64,000 nucleotides of DNA from an uncultured bacterium (GCA_965370555.1 CBDUVB010000004.1:15269-79268); one strand, 5' to 3'; positions 33,683 to 44,894 are shown, counted from the stretch's first letter. Made by a program: numbers and translations. Notes: generated by a model from the sequence alone, not told the origin.

Positions 33683-34669
33683 CTAGATCGCCGAGGAGCC
33701 GGAGTCGACTCGATTCAAGAGGTTGGCAGGACGCTTCCCGGTGAAAACATCCAAGATTGTCTCCGCGCACATGCGGTCCATGTGTTCCATCGCCTCGTAG
33801 GTATACGCCCCAATATGGGGAATCGCGAAGACGTTACTAAGCCCTAAGAGCAAACTCTCCTGAGGTGGTTCTGTAGAGAAGACGTCTAGCGCCGCAGCGG
33901 CAATCCGGTGAGCTGCCAGATGGTCATAGAGGGCTACCTCATCGATGAGATCCCCACGCGCAGCGTTGATCAAATACGCAGATTCCCTCATCAAACCAAG
34001 CTCGCGAGCACCAATCATGTGCCGGGTCTGCTCCATCAAGGGGACATGCAACGTAACGATATCTGAGTTCTCAAGAAGCTCCTCCAACGCAACGTAGCGT
34101 ACGGCGTAGTTCGCAATCAAGTCAGCCTGTTGCACTACGTCAAAGGCAATAATCCTACTGCCAAATCCATGGATCCGCTTGATAACTTCGGTGCCAATCC
34201 GCCCTGTTCCAACGACGCCAACCGTCATTGCACCAAGCTCATGCCCCATGAAGCGATTCCACTCACCGACTCGCGTTGAGTTGTTCGCTTCGCAGATACC
34301 GCGCAACAACGCTAGCATCATTCCAACGGTCAGATCCGCTACCGCTTCGGTATTTGTACCAGGGGCATTGGCAACCATGATCCCCAAGGACTTTGCGGCG
34401 TCGAGGTCGATGTTGTCGACCCCGACACCGTGTTTCATAATCATGCGCAATCTCTTCGATGCAGCCAGTACCTGAGCCGTAATCGGTTCCGCACCGGAGA
34501 TGATCACATCCGGATCTTCGCGGGAGACAATCCGCGCCATTTTCGCCGCATCGAGAGGTCGTTCCTCCGGACTGACGCGCAAGACCTCGAAGCCCGCCTT
34601 GGTAAGGATCTTCTCTCCCACGGGGACAACTTGCGCGAAAGAACGGGAACTTACTAAAGCTATACGCAT
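33683..34669 (-). CDS. D-isomer-specific 2-hydroxyacid dehydrogenase (SerA/GhrB-like)
   Basis: GVVGTGRIGTEV NAD-binding motif and the catalytic region ...NAARG...PHIG. ATG at 34669. Confidence 0.85.
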   Translation of the reverse strand: MRIALVSSRSFAQVVPVGEKILTKAGFEVLRVSPEERPLDAAKMARIVSREDPDVIISGAEPITAQVLAASKRLRMIMKHGVGVDNIDLDAAKSLGIMVANAPGTNTEAVADLTVGMMLALLRGICEANNSTRVGEWNRFMGHELGAMTVGVVGTGRIGTEVIKRIHGFGSRIIAFDVVQQADLIANYAVRYVALEELLENSDIVTLHVPLMEQTRHMIGARELGLMRESAYLINAARGDLIDEVALYDHLAAHRIAAAALDVFSTEPPQESLLLGLSNVFAIPHIGAYTYEAMEHMDRMCAETILDVFTGKRPANLLNRVDSGSSAI

Positions 34670-34688
34670 AGAAACATTCCTTTTCCCG

Positions 34689-35573
34689 TTAGAATGAGAC
34701 ACCCATCGCCTTGAACTCGGCGATCGCCTTGTTCACCAGTTTCTCTTCTGGGAACACAAAGGGAAGCCGGGGGTGCCCGGCATTGACCCCTCGCGCACGG
34801 AGGATCGCTTGGATCATCGGCAAAGTTGGGGCGTAATGCATGATGTCCCGCATCAAGGACACCTTGGCCTGAAGAAGCCGAGCTTTTTCAATATCCCCGG
34901 CTTTGACTGTGTTGAACAGTTCAACCACCGGCTCGGGGATTGCGTTTGCCAGACCCGATACCGAAGCGTGTGCCCCCATTGCAACCGCTGGGAATATCAA
35001 CGCTTCGGTCCCAACTACAGGGATGAAGTCCTCCTTCTTGACCTTCCATAGGTAGTTGTAGAAGACCATGATGTCGAAGCTGGAATCCTTCACACCACGG
35101 ACACCGATCTGGGCAAGGCGATTGAGGAAGTCGGCCGATATGGACACCCCGGTTGCCTGCGGATTATTGTAGACGAAGACAGGGATAGAGACCGCACCGA
35201 CCAGTTCTTTGAAGTGGCGTTCTACCTCCGGTTCCTTGAACCCGTAGTAGATGGGCGGCACAGCGGCTACAGCGATGGCACCGGCCTTCTCCGCATGTTG
35301 GGCAAGCTCCACCACCGAACAAGTCGAAGCACCTCCGACATGCAAGATAACCGGAACACGCCCGGCCACCTCATCGATGACGACTTCGGCCACCCTCTTT
35401 CGCTCATCGACACTCATCAACGGACCAGAACCGTAGGTCCCACATGGGTAGAAACCTTGGACCTTGTCCACAAGGAACGACACGATCTCACGTTGTGCTC
35501 TCTCATCGAAATTGCCCTGTTTGTCAAACGCTGTTAGCAGGGGAGGAATGATCCCCGAGATTTTCTTATCCAT
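34689..35573 (-). CDS. DapA/NAL-family class I aldolase (dihydrodipicolinate synthase family; candidate 2-keto-3-deoxy-sugar-acid aldolase)
   Basis: The GIIPPLLTAF...GTYGSG...SVDERKRV pattern and the Schiff-base lysine region (GVKDSS) are typical of the DHDPS/KDG-aldolase family. Confidence 0.8.
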   Translation of the reverse strand: MDKKISGIIPPLLTAFDKQGNFDERAQREIVSFLVDKVQGFYPCGTYGSGPLMSVDERKRVAEVVIDEVAGRVPVILHVGGASTCSVVELAQHAEKAGAIAVAAVPPIYYGFKEPEVERHFKELVGAVSIPVFVYNNPQATGVSISADFLNRLAQIGVRGVKDSSFDIMVFYNYLWKVKKEDFIPVVGTEALIFPAVAMGAHASVSGLANAIPEPVVELFNTVKAGDIEKARLLQAKVSLMRDIMHYAPTLPMIQAILRARGVNAGHPRLPFVFPEEKLVNKAIAEFKAMGVSF

Positions 35574-35679
35574 AATCTAAAAGCTCCTTTCTTCGAAAGA
35601 TTTTCTTTGTGTGCATCCAGTCAACCGCTACACTTCCCTTACTCTTTGCTTCTGTTCTTACCCCCTTCCGTATCGTTAT

Positions 35680-37212
35680 CTATGCATCCACATGGGCCAG
35701 ATCCTCAAAGATTGGCACAAGGGCCGAGTAAGCCGCTTTGAATACCGGGTAGAGTTTCTCATAACGCTCGTGTGCTTCAGGATTGGGATCCTGAGTGCTC
35801 ACGATCTGTACCATCTTCTCTGCTGCCTTGAAGTCCTTGAACAAGCCTACGCCAACGCCTCCTGCAATCGCCGCCCCTAGAGAGGTCGCTTCTTGCAACA
35901 ACCGGGGCCGCAGGATTCGTTTGTTGTACACATCGGCCATGATCTGCCTCCAAAGATCGCTTTGTGCGCCACCGCCGATTACGCGCATCTCATCGACCCG
36001 TGCCCCTTGACTCTCCAGCGCGTCCAGAATCATCCTTTGATTGAGCACAACGCCTTCAAGGACGGCCCGTGTCAAATGCTCCCTCTTGTGGTTGGGTGTT
36101 AGCCCCAGGAAAACGCCGCGAGCGTTGGGATTGTTGTAGGGGCACCGCTCTCCACGAATGTAAGGAAGGTAGAGAAGTTTGTCCGCCCCAGGAGTTACTC
36201 CTGCGGCCTTTATACCCATCATGTCGTAGATGTTTACGTTTAGATCTTCGACCATCGCCTTTTCACTCGACCACACCGCGTCGCGGAAACATTGGTAGGA
36301 ATAGCCCCCGTTATTGGACGCGCCAACCGGCATGAATAGATCGGGATCCAGATGGAAGAACGTAAAGGTGCGCATCTGGGGATCGTACACCGGTTCGGCG
36401 GCTGCAATCCCGATCCACGCCGCCGATCCGAAGTAGTTGTAGGCACTCCCTTCTCGTACAACACCTGAACCGACCGCTGCACACGGCCCGTCGCCCCCGC
36501 CAATTACCACCGGAATGCCTGGGATGAGGCCGACTTCTTCGGCGGCTTTTTTCGTGACTTCTCCCGCCACATAGGTGGAAGGATGAGGATCCGGCAGAAT
36601 CTCTACCGGGATCTGGGAGGCTCTGAGCAAGTGTTCGGACCACTCCCGCTTCTTCAAATCAAACAGGTTCATCCCGGAAGCGTCAGACAGGTCGGTCACG
36701 AACGCTCCTGTGAGCTTGGCCGTGATGAAATCCTTTACGTGGAGGAACTTGTATGTCTTCTTAAAGACCTCGGGCTCGTTGTCCTTCACCCACATGATCT
36801 TTGCCGCAGAGTACATCGCGAGCAGTTGATGACCCGTGATCTTGTATCCCTCTTCCATCCCGACTTGATCCACCAGTCGTTGCGCTTGCTCAACGCTTCG
36901 GCTATCGGCCCAGATGATACACGGCCGTAGTGGATTGGCGTTCTTGTCCACGGGAAGGCAAGCCATCATGTGTCCGCTAAACGAGACGCACGCAATGTCC
37001 TTCGGCAAGATGTTGGCCTCGGCGAGGACTCCCTTGGTCGACGAGCAGACCGCCTCCCACCAGTCATTTGGATTCTGTTCCACGCAGTTATGCCCGAAGT
37101 AATTGGTTGGGTACTCGTTGTAGCTGCTAGCCAAAAGATTTCCTTCCGTGTCAAAAAGGGTCGCCTTGTTCCCGGTGGTTCCAAGATCGTGAGACAAAAT
37201 AACCTTGCTCAT
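35680..37212 (-). CDS. FGGY-family carbohydrate kinase (xylulokinase-like)
   Basis: LSHDLGTTGNKATLFD N-terminus and a C-terminal GGGAQSDLWRQIMADV motif. Confidence 0.85.
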   Translation of the reverse strand: MSKVILSHDLGTTGNKATLFDTEGNLLASSYNEYPTNYFGHNCVEQNPNDWWEAVCSSTKGVLAEANILPKDIACVSFSGHMMACLPVDKNANPLRPCIIWADSRSVEQAQRLVDQVGMEEGYKITGHQLLAMYSAAKIMWVKDNEPEVFKKTYKFLHVKDFITAKLTGAFVTDLSDASGMNLFDLKKREWSEHLLRASQIPVEILPDPHPSTYVAGEVTKKAAEEVGLIPGIPVVIGGGDGPCAAVGSGVVREGSAYNYFGSAAWIGIAAAEPVYDPQMRTFTFFHLDPDLFMPVGASNNGGYSYQCFRDAVWSSEKAMVEDLNVNIYDMMGIKAAGVTPGADKLLYLPYIRGERCPYNNPNARGVFLGLTPNHKREHLTRAVLEGVVLNQRMILDALESQGARVDEMRVIGGGAQSDLWRQIMADVYNKRILRPRLLQEATSLGAAIAGGVGVGLFKDFKAAEKMVQIVSTQDPNPEAHERYEKLYPVFKAAYSALVPIFEDLAHVDA

Positions 37213-37235
37213 TTTGACATTGCCTCCTTGCTTTC

Positions 37236-39158
37236 CTAGTCCTGTTTTGTGCTAGTTTTCAATTGGGAGAGCCATCCGATATCGAGCTCTTCCAGCTTTT
37301 CTTGCGACGGCCAGCCGGTTGTTTGATCCCAGTCCCTCATTCGGTAGTAGGCCTGCCTTGCTTCCTCGACCTCCTGCCTTGACATCTTGACCCCCTGATT
37401 CGGGCCGGAGGTGATTGGTTCGTATACCCGATCCGGCAGCCGGTCCTGCTCGGGGCCGATGCCCTCACGCAGATTGAATACGCGCTGCAGATTGAGCCGT
37501 CGCTCCCCCACCTTCATGAGCTCCCACAAACTCACCTCCCATCCTGTAATAGCACGGATCAAGTCGACCATTTCCGCAAAGGAGTAATAACGACAGGGGG
37601 CAAAGGCAAACTTACACAAACAGACGCTGTCCATGAAGCTGAACACTTGCTGGAGATAACAGAGCATCCGTACTTTCTCTGGTCCCAAATCTGTCGCCTC
37701 ACGACGCTTCCAAACGCCAAGTGTTGCCACCCGCTCCATAAACAGCTCTGGCGCATCGGCATCAAAATCCGTGTCGTGTTCCACCGCGAGGTCATCGGGC
37801 CCTGTCGGGGACAGAGCATAGGATAGGCCGAGCATCGCTTTGGTCCGCGGATCATGCAATGGCAGCTCAAGTCCCTTGACGTGCATCGCATAAGGCTCTG
37901 AGGCCTTTCCTAGCTTCTGTGCGGCTCGTTTGGTGCCCTCCGCTAGCAATGCGCCTACCCCACGCCTGTACGCAATCTGCTCGATCAAATCCAGGATTAC
38001 ACTCGCATTGCCAAACGTCAGGTCCATGCCGTCGGTATCTTTCTTCGTTAGCACTCCGTTCTCGAAGCACTCCATCGCGAAAGCGATTGTGACTCCAGTT
38101 GACGTATAGTCTAGGCCATATCGGGTGCATGACTCACTTGTCTTAATGAGCACCTCAAGGTTGTCGATGTTGCACCCATTCCCAAACGCCATCATCACTT
38201 CAAGCTCAGGAGCACCATAAGCCGGGTCAACGTCAAGCTCTTCTACGTTCTTGAGAACACGTCTGCACGCGGCGGGGCAGCTATAGCAGGGGACCCGTTT
38301 GTCAAAGTAGGTCTCGTGGATGTGCTCGCCCGAAACCTTCGCTGCACCTTCGAAGTGCGTGGTTCGCATGTTGCGCGATGATGTAAGGCCGGCATTGTTA
38401 AGAAACCCTAAAAAGCTTGCGGTGCCGGCATCGTAGACAGCTTTATTGACGAAGTTTTCTTGGAAGTGCTGCTCGAATCGATTCGCAAGAAGCTGGAGCC
38501 GGCTCGAATCGGCAACGTCGATCGAGCCAGAACCCCGAACCACGACGGCTTTGAGGTTCTTCGATCCCATAACCGCACCCATCCCGGTGCGAGCGTTCAT
38601 GTACATCCCGCCGCTTACAACGGAGGCGTAACGAACCAGGTTTTCCCCTGCTGGGCCGATGCAGGCCACTCTGGTCTCGGGATCCCCAAGTTCTGTTCTG
38701 ATCACTCGGGTTGTTTCTCCCGTATCCATCCCCCAGAGCTTCGAAGCATCCTTAATCTCCGCCTGGCCATCACGGATTGAGATATAGACTGGGCGATCGG
38801 CCTTCCCCTGAATGACAATCGCATCGAACCCCGAGAACTTCAGCTCCGGACCCCAGTATCCCTCTGCAAGAGCCTCTCCTGTACCGCCTGTCAGTGGTGA
38901 CTTCGCTATAACAGCATACTTGACAAACCCGGGTGCCTGGGCACCGGTGACAGCACTGGCAGCGAATACCAGTACATTCCCCGGAGAAAGTGCATCGCTG
39001 CCTGGCTCGATCTCCTTGAGGAGGTAGTAAGCACCAAGACAGCTTCCGCCCCAATAGCGGCGGTAGAAGTTCTTATCGCTTTCTTCGGGAGTCTCAATCC
39101 AAATCTTTCCCGTTGATAGATTCACACGCAGGATCTTCCCTCGATATCCGTTCGGCAT
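37236..39158 (-). CDS. Aldehyde:ferredoxin oxidoreductase family (tungstopterin) enzyme, copy 1
   Basis: GKILRVNLSTGKI N-terminus. Cys motifs for the 4Fe-4S cluster (CYSCPAAC). 640 aa, typical AOR N and C domains. Confidence 0.9.
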   Translation of the reverse strand: MPNGYRGKILRVNLSTGKIWIETPEESDKNFYRRYWGGSCLGAYYLLKEIEPGSDALSPGNVLVFAASAVTGAQAPGFVKYAVIAKSPLTGGTGEALAEGYWGPELKFSGFDAIVIQGKADRPVYISIRDGQAEIKDASKLWGMDTGETTRVIRTELGDPETRVACIGPAGENLVRYASVVSGGMYMNARTGMGAVMGSKNLKAVVVRGSGSIDVADSSRLQLLANRFEQHFQENFVNKAVYDAGTASFLGFLNNAGLTSSRNMRTTHFEGAAKVSGEHIHETYFDKRVPCYSCPAACRRVLKNVEELDVDPAYGAPELEVMMAFGNGCNIDNLEVLIKTSESCTRYGLDYTSTGVTIAFAMECFENGVLTKKDTDGMDLTFGNASVILDLIEQIAYRRGVGALLAEGTKRAAQKLGKASEPYAMHVKGLELPLHDPRTKAMLGLSYALSPTGPDDLAVEHDTDFDADAPELFMERVATLGVWKRREATDLGPEKVRMLCYLQQVFSFMDSVCLCKFAFAPCRYYSFAEMVDLIRAITGWEVSLWELMKVGERRLNLQRVFNLREGIGPEQDRLPDRVYEPITSGPNQGVKMSRQEVEEARQAYYRMRDWDQTTGWPSQEKLEELDIGWLSQLKTSTKQD

Positions 39159-39193
39159 TGATTCCTCCTTCTACTCGATCAACGTGTACCAAC

Positions 39194-40186
39194 CTACGCT
39201 CTTCTTCTGCCTATTTGAGGAATCACGATAGCTAGTATGATGAGGCCTCTCACAACATCCTGCCAGTATGTATTTAGGTTCATCAGACTCATTGCATTGT
39301 TTATCACCCCGAGAACCAAGACACCGATTAACGTCCCCACCATGGTCCCTTCTCCTCCAGAGAGCTTTGTCCCTCCAAGGATTGGCGCTGCGATTATCGT
39401 CAATAAGAACGCCGGTCCTACCGACGGGTCCCCAGAATCAAGACGCGAGCTGATAACCACGCCACCCAAACCCGCCAAAAGGCCGCATAGAGCGTAAGCA
39501 GCGATACGAATACGATCCGTATTGATCCCGCATAGCCGCGCAGCGCGAGCGTTGGCGCCAACTGCATAAATCTTCCGCCCAAGGGAGGTCCGGTTCTGCA
39601 TGATCTGCAGAATCACAAAGACAACCACCATGATGATCGCAGGGGTGGGTATTGACCCGAGGTGTCCACGACCAAAGACCCTCCATGCTTTGGGCAAGAG
39701 TGAGATAGGGTATCCCCCCGTAACCAAGAAACTGGCGCCGGTAAGTGCACTCATCGTCGCGAGTGTCGCAATGAAGAAAGGTACACGTATCTTTGCCACC
39801 AGTGTCCCATTGACCAAACCGACAAACGCTCCAACACCGAGCACCAGCAAGAACGTCCACGGCGCATCTACTCCTCGTTTCAGCAAAAATGCGGCTACAA
39901 CGCCGCAGAACCCGGCGTTCGCCCCCACGGAAAGGTCTATTTCGCCCAAGGTAAGAACGAGCGTCATCCCCGCAGCAAGCAGGGCATAAATGGAGGTCTG
40001 CCTGACAACATTTATCAAATTATGAAAAGTAAAGAAGTGTTCTGTAAGGAACGCGAATATCACGGCCATGCCCAGTAAGGCAATCAGCGGTTTCTGGTTC
40101 TGCCAGAAATGCAGCCCGGCTCTTTGAAACCCTGATAGCACGATTTGGCTAACTGGAGAACTACTTTTGCTTTCCTCTGCTGACAT
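39194..40186 (-). CDS. Sugar ABC transporter permease (CUT2/RbsC-like)
   Basis: Polytopic membrane protein, BPD_transp_2-like. The ATG at 40186 lies 4 nt after the ATPase stop. Confidence 0.85.
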   Translation of the reverse strand: MSAEESKSSSPVSQIVLSGFQRAGLHFWQNQKPLIALLGMAVIFAFLTEHFFTFHNLINVVRQTSIYALLAAGMTLVLTLGEIDLSVGANAGFCGVVAAFLLKRGVDAPWTFLLVLGVGAFVGLVNGTLVAKIRVPFFIATLATMSALTGASFLVTGGYPISLLPKAWRVFGRGHLGSIPTPAIIMVVVFVILQIMQNRTSLGRKIYAVGANARAARLCGINTDRIRIAAYALCGLLAGLGGVVISSRLDSGDPSVGPAFLLTIIAAPILGGTKLSGGEGTMVGTLIGVLVLGVINNAMSLMNLNTYWQDVVRGLIILAIVIPQIGRRRA

Positions 40187-40190
40187 GTTC

Positions 40191-41711
40191 TTAAAACTCC
40201 CCCTTATGCAGCCCTGCACTGTAGTATAGAATCCCTTCTTGAGTTGCCTCCTCGCGGGAAAGCTCATGGACGATCCGTCCTTCGTGCATGACCATAATCC
40301 GGTCGCACATGCCGAGCACCTCTGGTAGTTCAGACGAAATCATAATGACACAACGACCCTCCTCAGCAATCCCGTTTATCAGATGGTAGATCTCCTGTTT
40401 CGCGCCGATATCGATCCCCACCGTGGGCTCATCGAGAATTAGGACCTTGGCGTGCATCAACAACCAACGGGCAAACACGACCTTCTGCTGGTTTCCTCCG
40501 CTTAGATTTACCACAATCTGGTTGATACTTGGAGTCTTGATTTGCAAGAGCTCTTGAAATTTCTTCGCTTCTGCTTTTTCCCGACTCCAATCGATAAACG
40601 ACCAATGCGACATATTCTTAAGATTGGCAAGAGAGATGTTCTCCTTAACAGATTTTACTAGAAGTAGGCCATCCAATTTGCGGTCTGAAGGAATGAAGCC
40701 GATACCGTGTCGAATCGCAACAGTTGGCGAGGTGACCCTAATTGGCTTTCCGTCAAGCACCATCTCTCCACGATCGACTTGCATGACGCCAAAGATCGCG
40801 TTCGCTACAGCGGTCCTTCCCGCACCAACCAATCCTGACAGGCCGACAATTTCTCCCTTCCTGACGGAAAAGGAGACGTCGTCAATGACGCCCTTCTTCG
40901 TCAGGCCGGAAACGGAGAACATCTCCTCTCCCGGCGGTTTCGATCGCACGGGAAACACACGCTTCAGTTCTCGCCCGACCATCCATTGAACCAACTTGTC
41001 CTCGGTTGCATTCTGTACCGGTATCGTGGCGATGACCTTGCCGTCACGCAAGACAGTAACTCGGTCGGCAATCGAATAGATCTCTTCCAACCGGTGCGAA
41101 ATATAGAGCGTTGTGACTCCGTGAGTTTTGAGGGAACGAACAATCTCGAACAGGTGTTCCACTTCTTGTTCTGTAAAAACCGTCGTCGGTTCATCCATAA
41201 TGAGAAGCTTTGCGTTCATCGAGACCGCGCGTGCGAGTTCGACGAGCCGCCGCTGAGAAATACTCAGATCTCGTACCAACGACGAGGCTTTAAACGTAGC
41301 TCCCACCTTATCCAGCCACATCTGCGCTTCCCGATACATCCGCTTGCGGGCAATGAGCCATTTGATGGCGTGCCGTGGCTGCCGGCCCAAAAAAATGTTC
41401 TCCGCTGCGCTAAAAGGGAGTGCCAACTCCGACTCTTGGTGAATGATGCTGATCCCTAACTTCTGAGCACTATGCGGATCCGAATGGGTGATCTTCTTGC
41501 CTTCATACTCGATAGTTCCGGCATCGGTACGAAGCACACCGCCCAGAATCTTGATGAAGGTGGACTTCCCCGCACCATTTTCCCCAACAATGGCATGAAC
41601 CTCGCTTCGGCGAAGCTCAAAGTCAACTTTGTCCAGTGCCAACACGCCTGGAAACCGTTTTGTGACATCGGTCACTCTAAGCAGGACAAGCCTTTTTCTT
41701 TCGTCTGTCAT
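40191..41711 (-). CDS. Sugar ABC transporter ATP-binding protein (tandem ABC domains, RbsA-like)
   Basis: GENGAGKST Walker A, LSGGNQQKV signature, 506 aa. Confidence 0.9.
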   Translation of the reverse strand: MTDERKRLVLLRVTDVTKRFPGVLALDKVDFELRRSEVHAIVGENGAGKSTFIKILGGVLRTDAGTIEYEGKKITHSDPHSAQKLGISIIHQESELALPFSAAENIFLGRQPRHAIKWLIARKRMYREAQMWLDKVGATFKASSLVRDLSISQRRLVELARAVSMNAKLLIMDEPTTVFTEQEVEHLFEIVRSLKTHGVTTLYISHRLEEIYSIADRVTVLRDGKVIATIPVQNATEDKLVQWMVGRELKRVFPVRSKPPGEEMFSVSGLTKKGVIDDVSFSVRKGEIVGLSGLVGAGRTAVANAIFGVMQVDRGEMVLDGKPIRVTSPTVAIRHGIGFIPSDRKLDGLLLVKSVKENISLANLKNMSHWSFIDWSREKAEAKKFQELLQIKTPSINQIVVNLSGGNQQKVVFARWLLMHAKVLILDEPTVGIDIGAKQEIYHLINGIAEEGRCVIMISSELPEVLGMCDRIMVMHEGRIVHELSREEATQEGILYYSAGLHKGEF

Positions 41712-41813
41712 GGTTACAAGAATCGGAATCTAGTCGGCATTCCTTCACTGAAGCAGGACCGCATTCTCGATCTTGCCTGCCCTTATAAGGGCAGGCAAGA
41801 TCGTCCTACCCTA

Positions 41814-42803
41814 CTACTCTCCCAGCTCGCAAACCTCGCACACTGGAGGAGTTCCAACAACTTCGTCCACGTTGTGCCGCTCTGCCAACCGGCACGGGGC
41901 CCAGATTCTTAGCGGAACCTCCTCGCCCCAAACCGACTTGATCGCCTGTACCAGCATGCACTTGGTGATCAAATAGGGATACTGAGCGACGTCACACATG
42001 TACGCCGGATGCTCGGCATCCTTGAGAGTCCCAATCCCATCCGGATCGCAGTCGAACCCACATGCAACCATATCGGTTGCGCCAAACTTGGCCTCGCAGG
42101 CAGCCAACGCTCCGAGTGACGTGGGATCGTTGATCCCAAACGTGCAGTCCACCCGATCGTACTGGGCAAGGATATCCTCCATCTTCTCCATGGCGTCAAG
42201 CTTATTTGCGACAGTGTCACGCCACACGAAGATCGCATCAGGGACAAACTCCCTCACTCCCTCCTGAAACCCGGGCATGCGTAGGTTCGGGATGGGATAC
42301 CGTGTGGCTTGGAGGAGTGCTATGACAGGGACCCGCCCGACCACGTGCTCCTGCAACCATTTCCCGGCATACACACCGGCAAGCCGGGCACCGACGTAGT
42401 TATCGCTGCCGACGAAGCAGACTTCACCGGCATTGTGCCCGGCACCGCTGACGGTAGGAATACCGAGCTCGGCGGCCTCAGCAATTATGGCCCCGAGGGT
42501 CCCCGGCACACAGGGATCGACGCAGAGCGCATCCACTTTGTGAACGTAGATGAGCTCCTCGATCATGTCGACCTGTTTGGTCGAGCTCTGGTCTGGATCC
42601 TTGATGATGATGTTGACACCAAGGTCTGCGGCTGCCTGCTTGTACCCTTCCACGATCTGAACGTAGTACGGGTGCCGCAGCGTATTGATGACACAACCGA
42701 TCGTCATCTCCGAAACGGGTTTCTTCTCCGCCAGTACAGCACCACCGATCAGTAACAGCAAACAGAGGGTTATTGTTAACCCAACGAATATACGCTTTGC
42801 CAT
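41814..42803 (-). CDS. Sugar ABC transporter substrate-binding protein (Peripla_BP_4-like)
   Basis: Signal/anchor sequence followed by the type I periplasmic binding fold pattern. Confidence 0.8.
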   Translation of the reverse strand: MAKRIFVGLTITLCLLLLIGGAVLAEKKPVSEMTIGCVINTLRHPYYVQIVEGYKQAAADLGVNIIIKDPDQSSTKQVDMIEELIYVHKVDALCVDPCVPGTLGAIIAEAAELGIPTVSGAGHNAGEVCFVGSDNYVGARLAGVYAGKWLQEHVVGRVPVIALLQATRYPIPNLRMPGFQEGVREFVPDAIFVWRDTVANKLDAMEKMEDILAQYDRVDCTFGINDPTSLGALAACEAKFGATDMVACGFDCDPDGIGTLKDAEHPAYMCDVAQYPYLITKCMLVQAIKSVWGEEVPLRIWAPCRLAERHNVDEVVGTPPVCEVCELGE

Positions 42804-42938
42804 TTGTCTCGCCTCCTTACTAAATTTCTATTTCTTCTCCTCGAACGTGTTTCCAACTTCTATACTTCCTCGTCAGTACTCACCTCCCTTGGGCCTCCAA
42901 CCCGGGTTTTCTGTGGAGAGGCTTAAGCTTTTTAAGTT

Positions 42939-44879
42939 TCACGGCGTTGACACATAAGCGGCAAGCCCCAGTTTTTCGAGTCTTTCCCTAGTTGGAGTAC
43001 CATCTTCGCTCCACCCTCGCTCATCGTAGTAATCATCCAGAAGCCTTTCCACATCTTCTTTGGTCAACGTTGTAGTTTCATAGTAATCCTGCATCTCGAT
43101 GCGGCCCTCTGGAGATTCCATAGGCCTAAACCACAAGTCAGGCACCTTGTCCTCTTTTCGCGTGAATCCTTCCTTGACGTTGACCATCTTCGCCAGGTTG
43201 CTGATACGCTCACCGTGCTCGATCAACTCTCCTGCAGACAGACTCTCTCCACTGGCAGCGTTGTACAGTCTCGTCATGTCGTCACCAAAGACGAGCCCTT
43301 GGTAGGTGTATATCGTGCACAGCCCCAATGCGTTCTTGACCCGCATCATGTCCTCCATATGGCTGGTGTAACGGCCAACATTGAACTTCCCGGTGTACGG
43401 TGCTGCGGTAAAGATTCGTTCGACCACCTCTTTGGCGATCCCCCATCGCTCAACTTGCTCACGGATCTCCTCGATACTCTTGTTACGGCTGTTTGTCCGT
43501 GTGTGTGAACCCCCATGATGTGGCCGTGGCCGGGTGAAGAAGGTCATCATGAGGGGATGGAGATTGGAAGGTCGAGCGTCGTAGATGAAGTCCACACCCT
43601 TGCAGATTCCGGCATACCAATACTCCTGCGGATCAAGGCCAAGCTCTTGCTTAAGGCGTATCCACCCATCGGCGAGGATCTCCCCGAAACCCTCTCGATT
43701 TACGGTCATTTCATAGAGTTTCAAGTAGGTCGGGTATTCGCGTTTGAGCTCCAGGCCACCCGTATCCGCCTTACTTAACCGGCCAAGCTCGTACATTCGC
43801 GTAACGAAATCGATCAGTCGGGTCGTCGTATAAAAGTCGATACCGGTGCGAGAGTTGGCATCCGCCACAAAGTGGATCATCTTCCTGTGATCTTCCACAC
43901 CCAAAAGCATCCCTGACGTGGCGCTCTTGCTGAACGGAGATCCGAAGCCGATTTCGCCGTCATATTCGCCACCTTTGGTCTTCCACCTGAGACGGCAACC
44001 AAGGAGGCAAGAATTGCAGGGGATAACGTCTTCTACGGTCTCCATACGAGTCTTTTCCCCGTACAGTTCATCCCAACGGTCCTTCGGCCAGATCCCCGGG
44101 TATTGAGTGTGCTTAAAGGTATCCCACCCCGCTGCCAAACCGAGCTCGATCCAGTGTTCCCGCTTGGGCCATTGGAGGACATGGTTGCGAAGGGCTTCAC
44201 TAACTTTCATGAACTCGGCCGGCTGCGCGACCCCGACATCTCCTGTGCCGTTCGCAACGATGGCTTTCAGATTCTTTGAGCCCATCACTGCTCCCAGCCC
44301 GCCCCGTCCTAGTGAGTTCGTCTTGTCAACGATGGTCAAGGCGTGACGCACCAAGTTCTCTCCGGCCGTTCCGATCACGAGTGTGCCCGTCTCCGGGCCC
44401 TCTCGGCGGACGAGGTCGTTTGCGACCCCCTCAATCCCGTGTCCCCAGAAACCTCGAGCGTCAACGATATCTGCTCCACCATCTCGGATTCGCAGATAAA
44501 CCGGGTGAGACGCCTTTCCCGTGATAAGCAAGTGGTGACAGCCGGCGCGCTTGAGGGCAATACCCAGGTACCGCCCTCCTGCTGTACATGCACCGACATA
44601 ATGCTTCCCGTCCTCCGACGCGACCGTAGGAAACTTCGTGATCACGGTCGTCTTTGGCGTACCCGGAGTGAGAGTTCCTACAAAAACGCCGGGGTTGATA
44701 CTGATGAGATTCTCCGGAGAGAGTGGATCGATATGGGCCTGTAAGTGGTCTGTTACCAACTTCCAGCCAACACCTGAACCTCCTAGAAAGGCACTATCGA
44801 TTCTTTCTTCAACTGGCTTCCTTTCAACCTCTCCGCTCGATAAATCTACATGCAAGATCCAACTGTTCGGACTAGACAC
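42939..44879 (-). CDS. Aldehyde:ferredoxin oxidoreductase family (tungstopterin) enzyme, copy 2
   Basis: ILHVDLSSGEVERKPV N-terminus, CNSCLLGC cluster motif, 646 aa. Paralogous to 37236..39158. Confidence 0.88.
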   Translation of the reverse strand: MSSPNSWILHVDLSSGEVERKPVEERIDSAFLGGSGVGWKLVTDHLQAHIDPLSPENLISINPGVFVGTLTPGTPKTTVITKFPTVASEDGKHYVGACTAGGRYLGIALKRAGCHHLLITGKASHPVYLRIRDGGADIVDARGFWGHGIEGVANDLVRREGPETGTLVIGTAGENLVRHALTIVDKTNSLGRGGLGAVMGSKNLKAIVANGTGDVGVAQPAEFMKVSEALRNHVLQWPKREHWIELGLAAGWDTFKHTQYPGIWPKDRWDELYGEKTRMETVEDVIPCNSCLLGCRLRWKTKGGEYDGEIGFGSPFSKSATSGMLLGVEDHRKMIHFVADANSRTGIDFYTTTRLIDFVTRMYELGRLSKADTGGLELKREYPTYLKLYEMTVNREGFGEILADGWIRLKQELGLDPQEYWYAGICKGVDFIYDARPSNLHPLMMTFFTRPRPHHGGSHTRTNSRNKSIEEIREQVERWGIAKEVVERIFTAAPYTGKFNVGRYTSHMEDMMRVKNALGLCTIYTYQGLVFGDDMTRLYNAASGESLSAGELIEHGERISNLAKMVNVKEGFTRKEDKVPDLWFRPMESPEGRIEMQDYYETTTLTKEDVERLLDDYYDERGWSEDGTPTRERLEKLGLAAYVSTP

Positions 44880-44894
44880 GGCGATTCTCCTTTC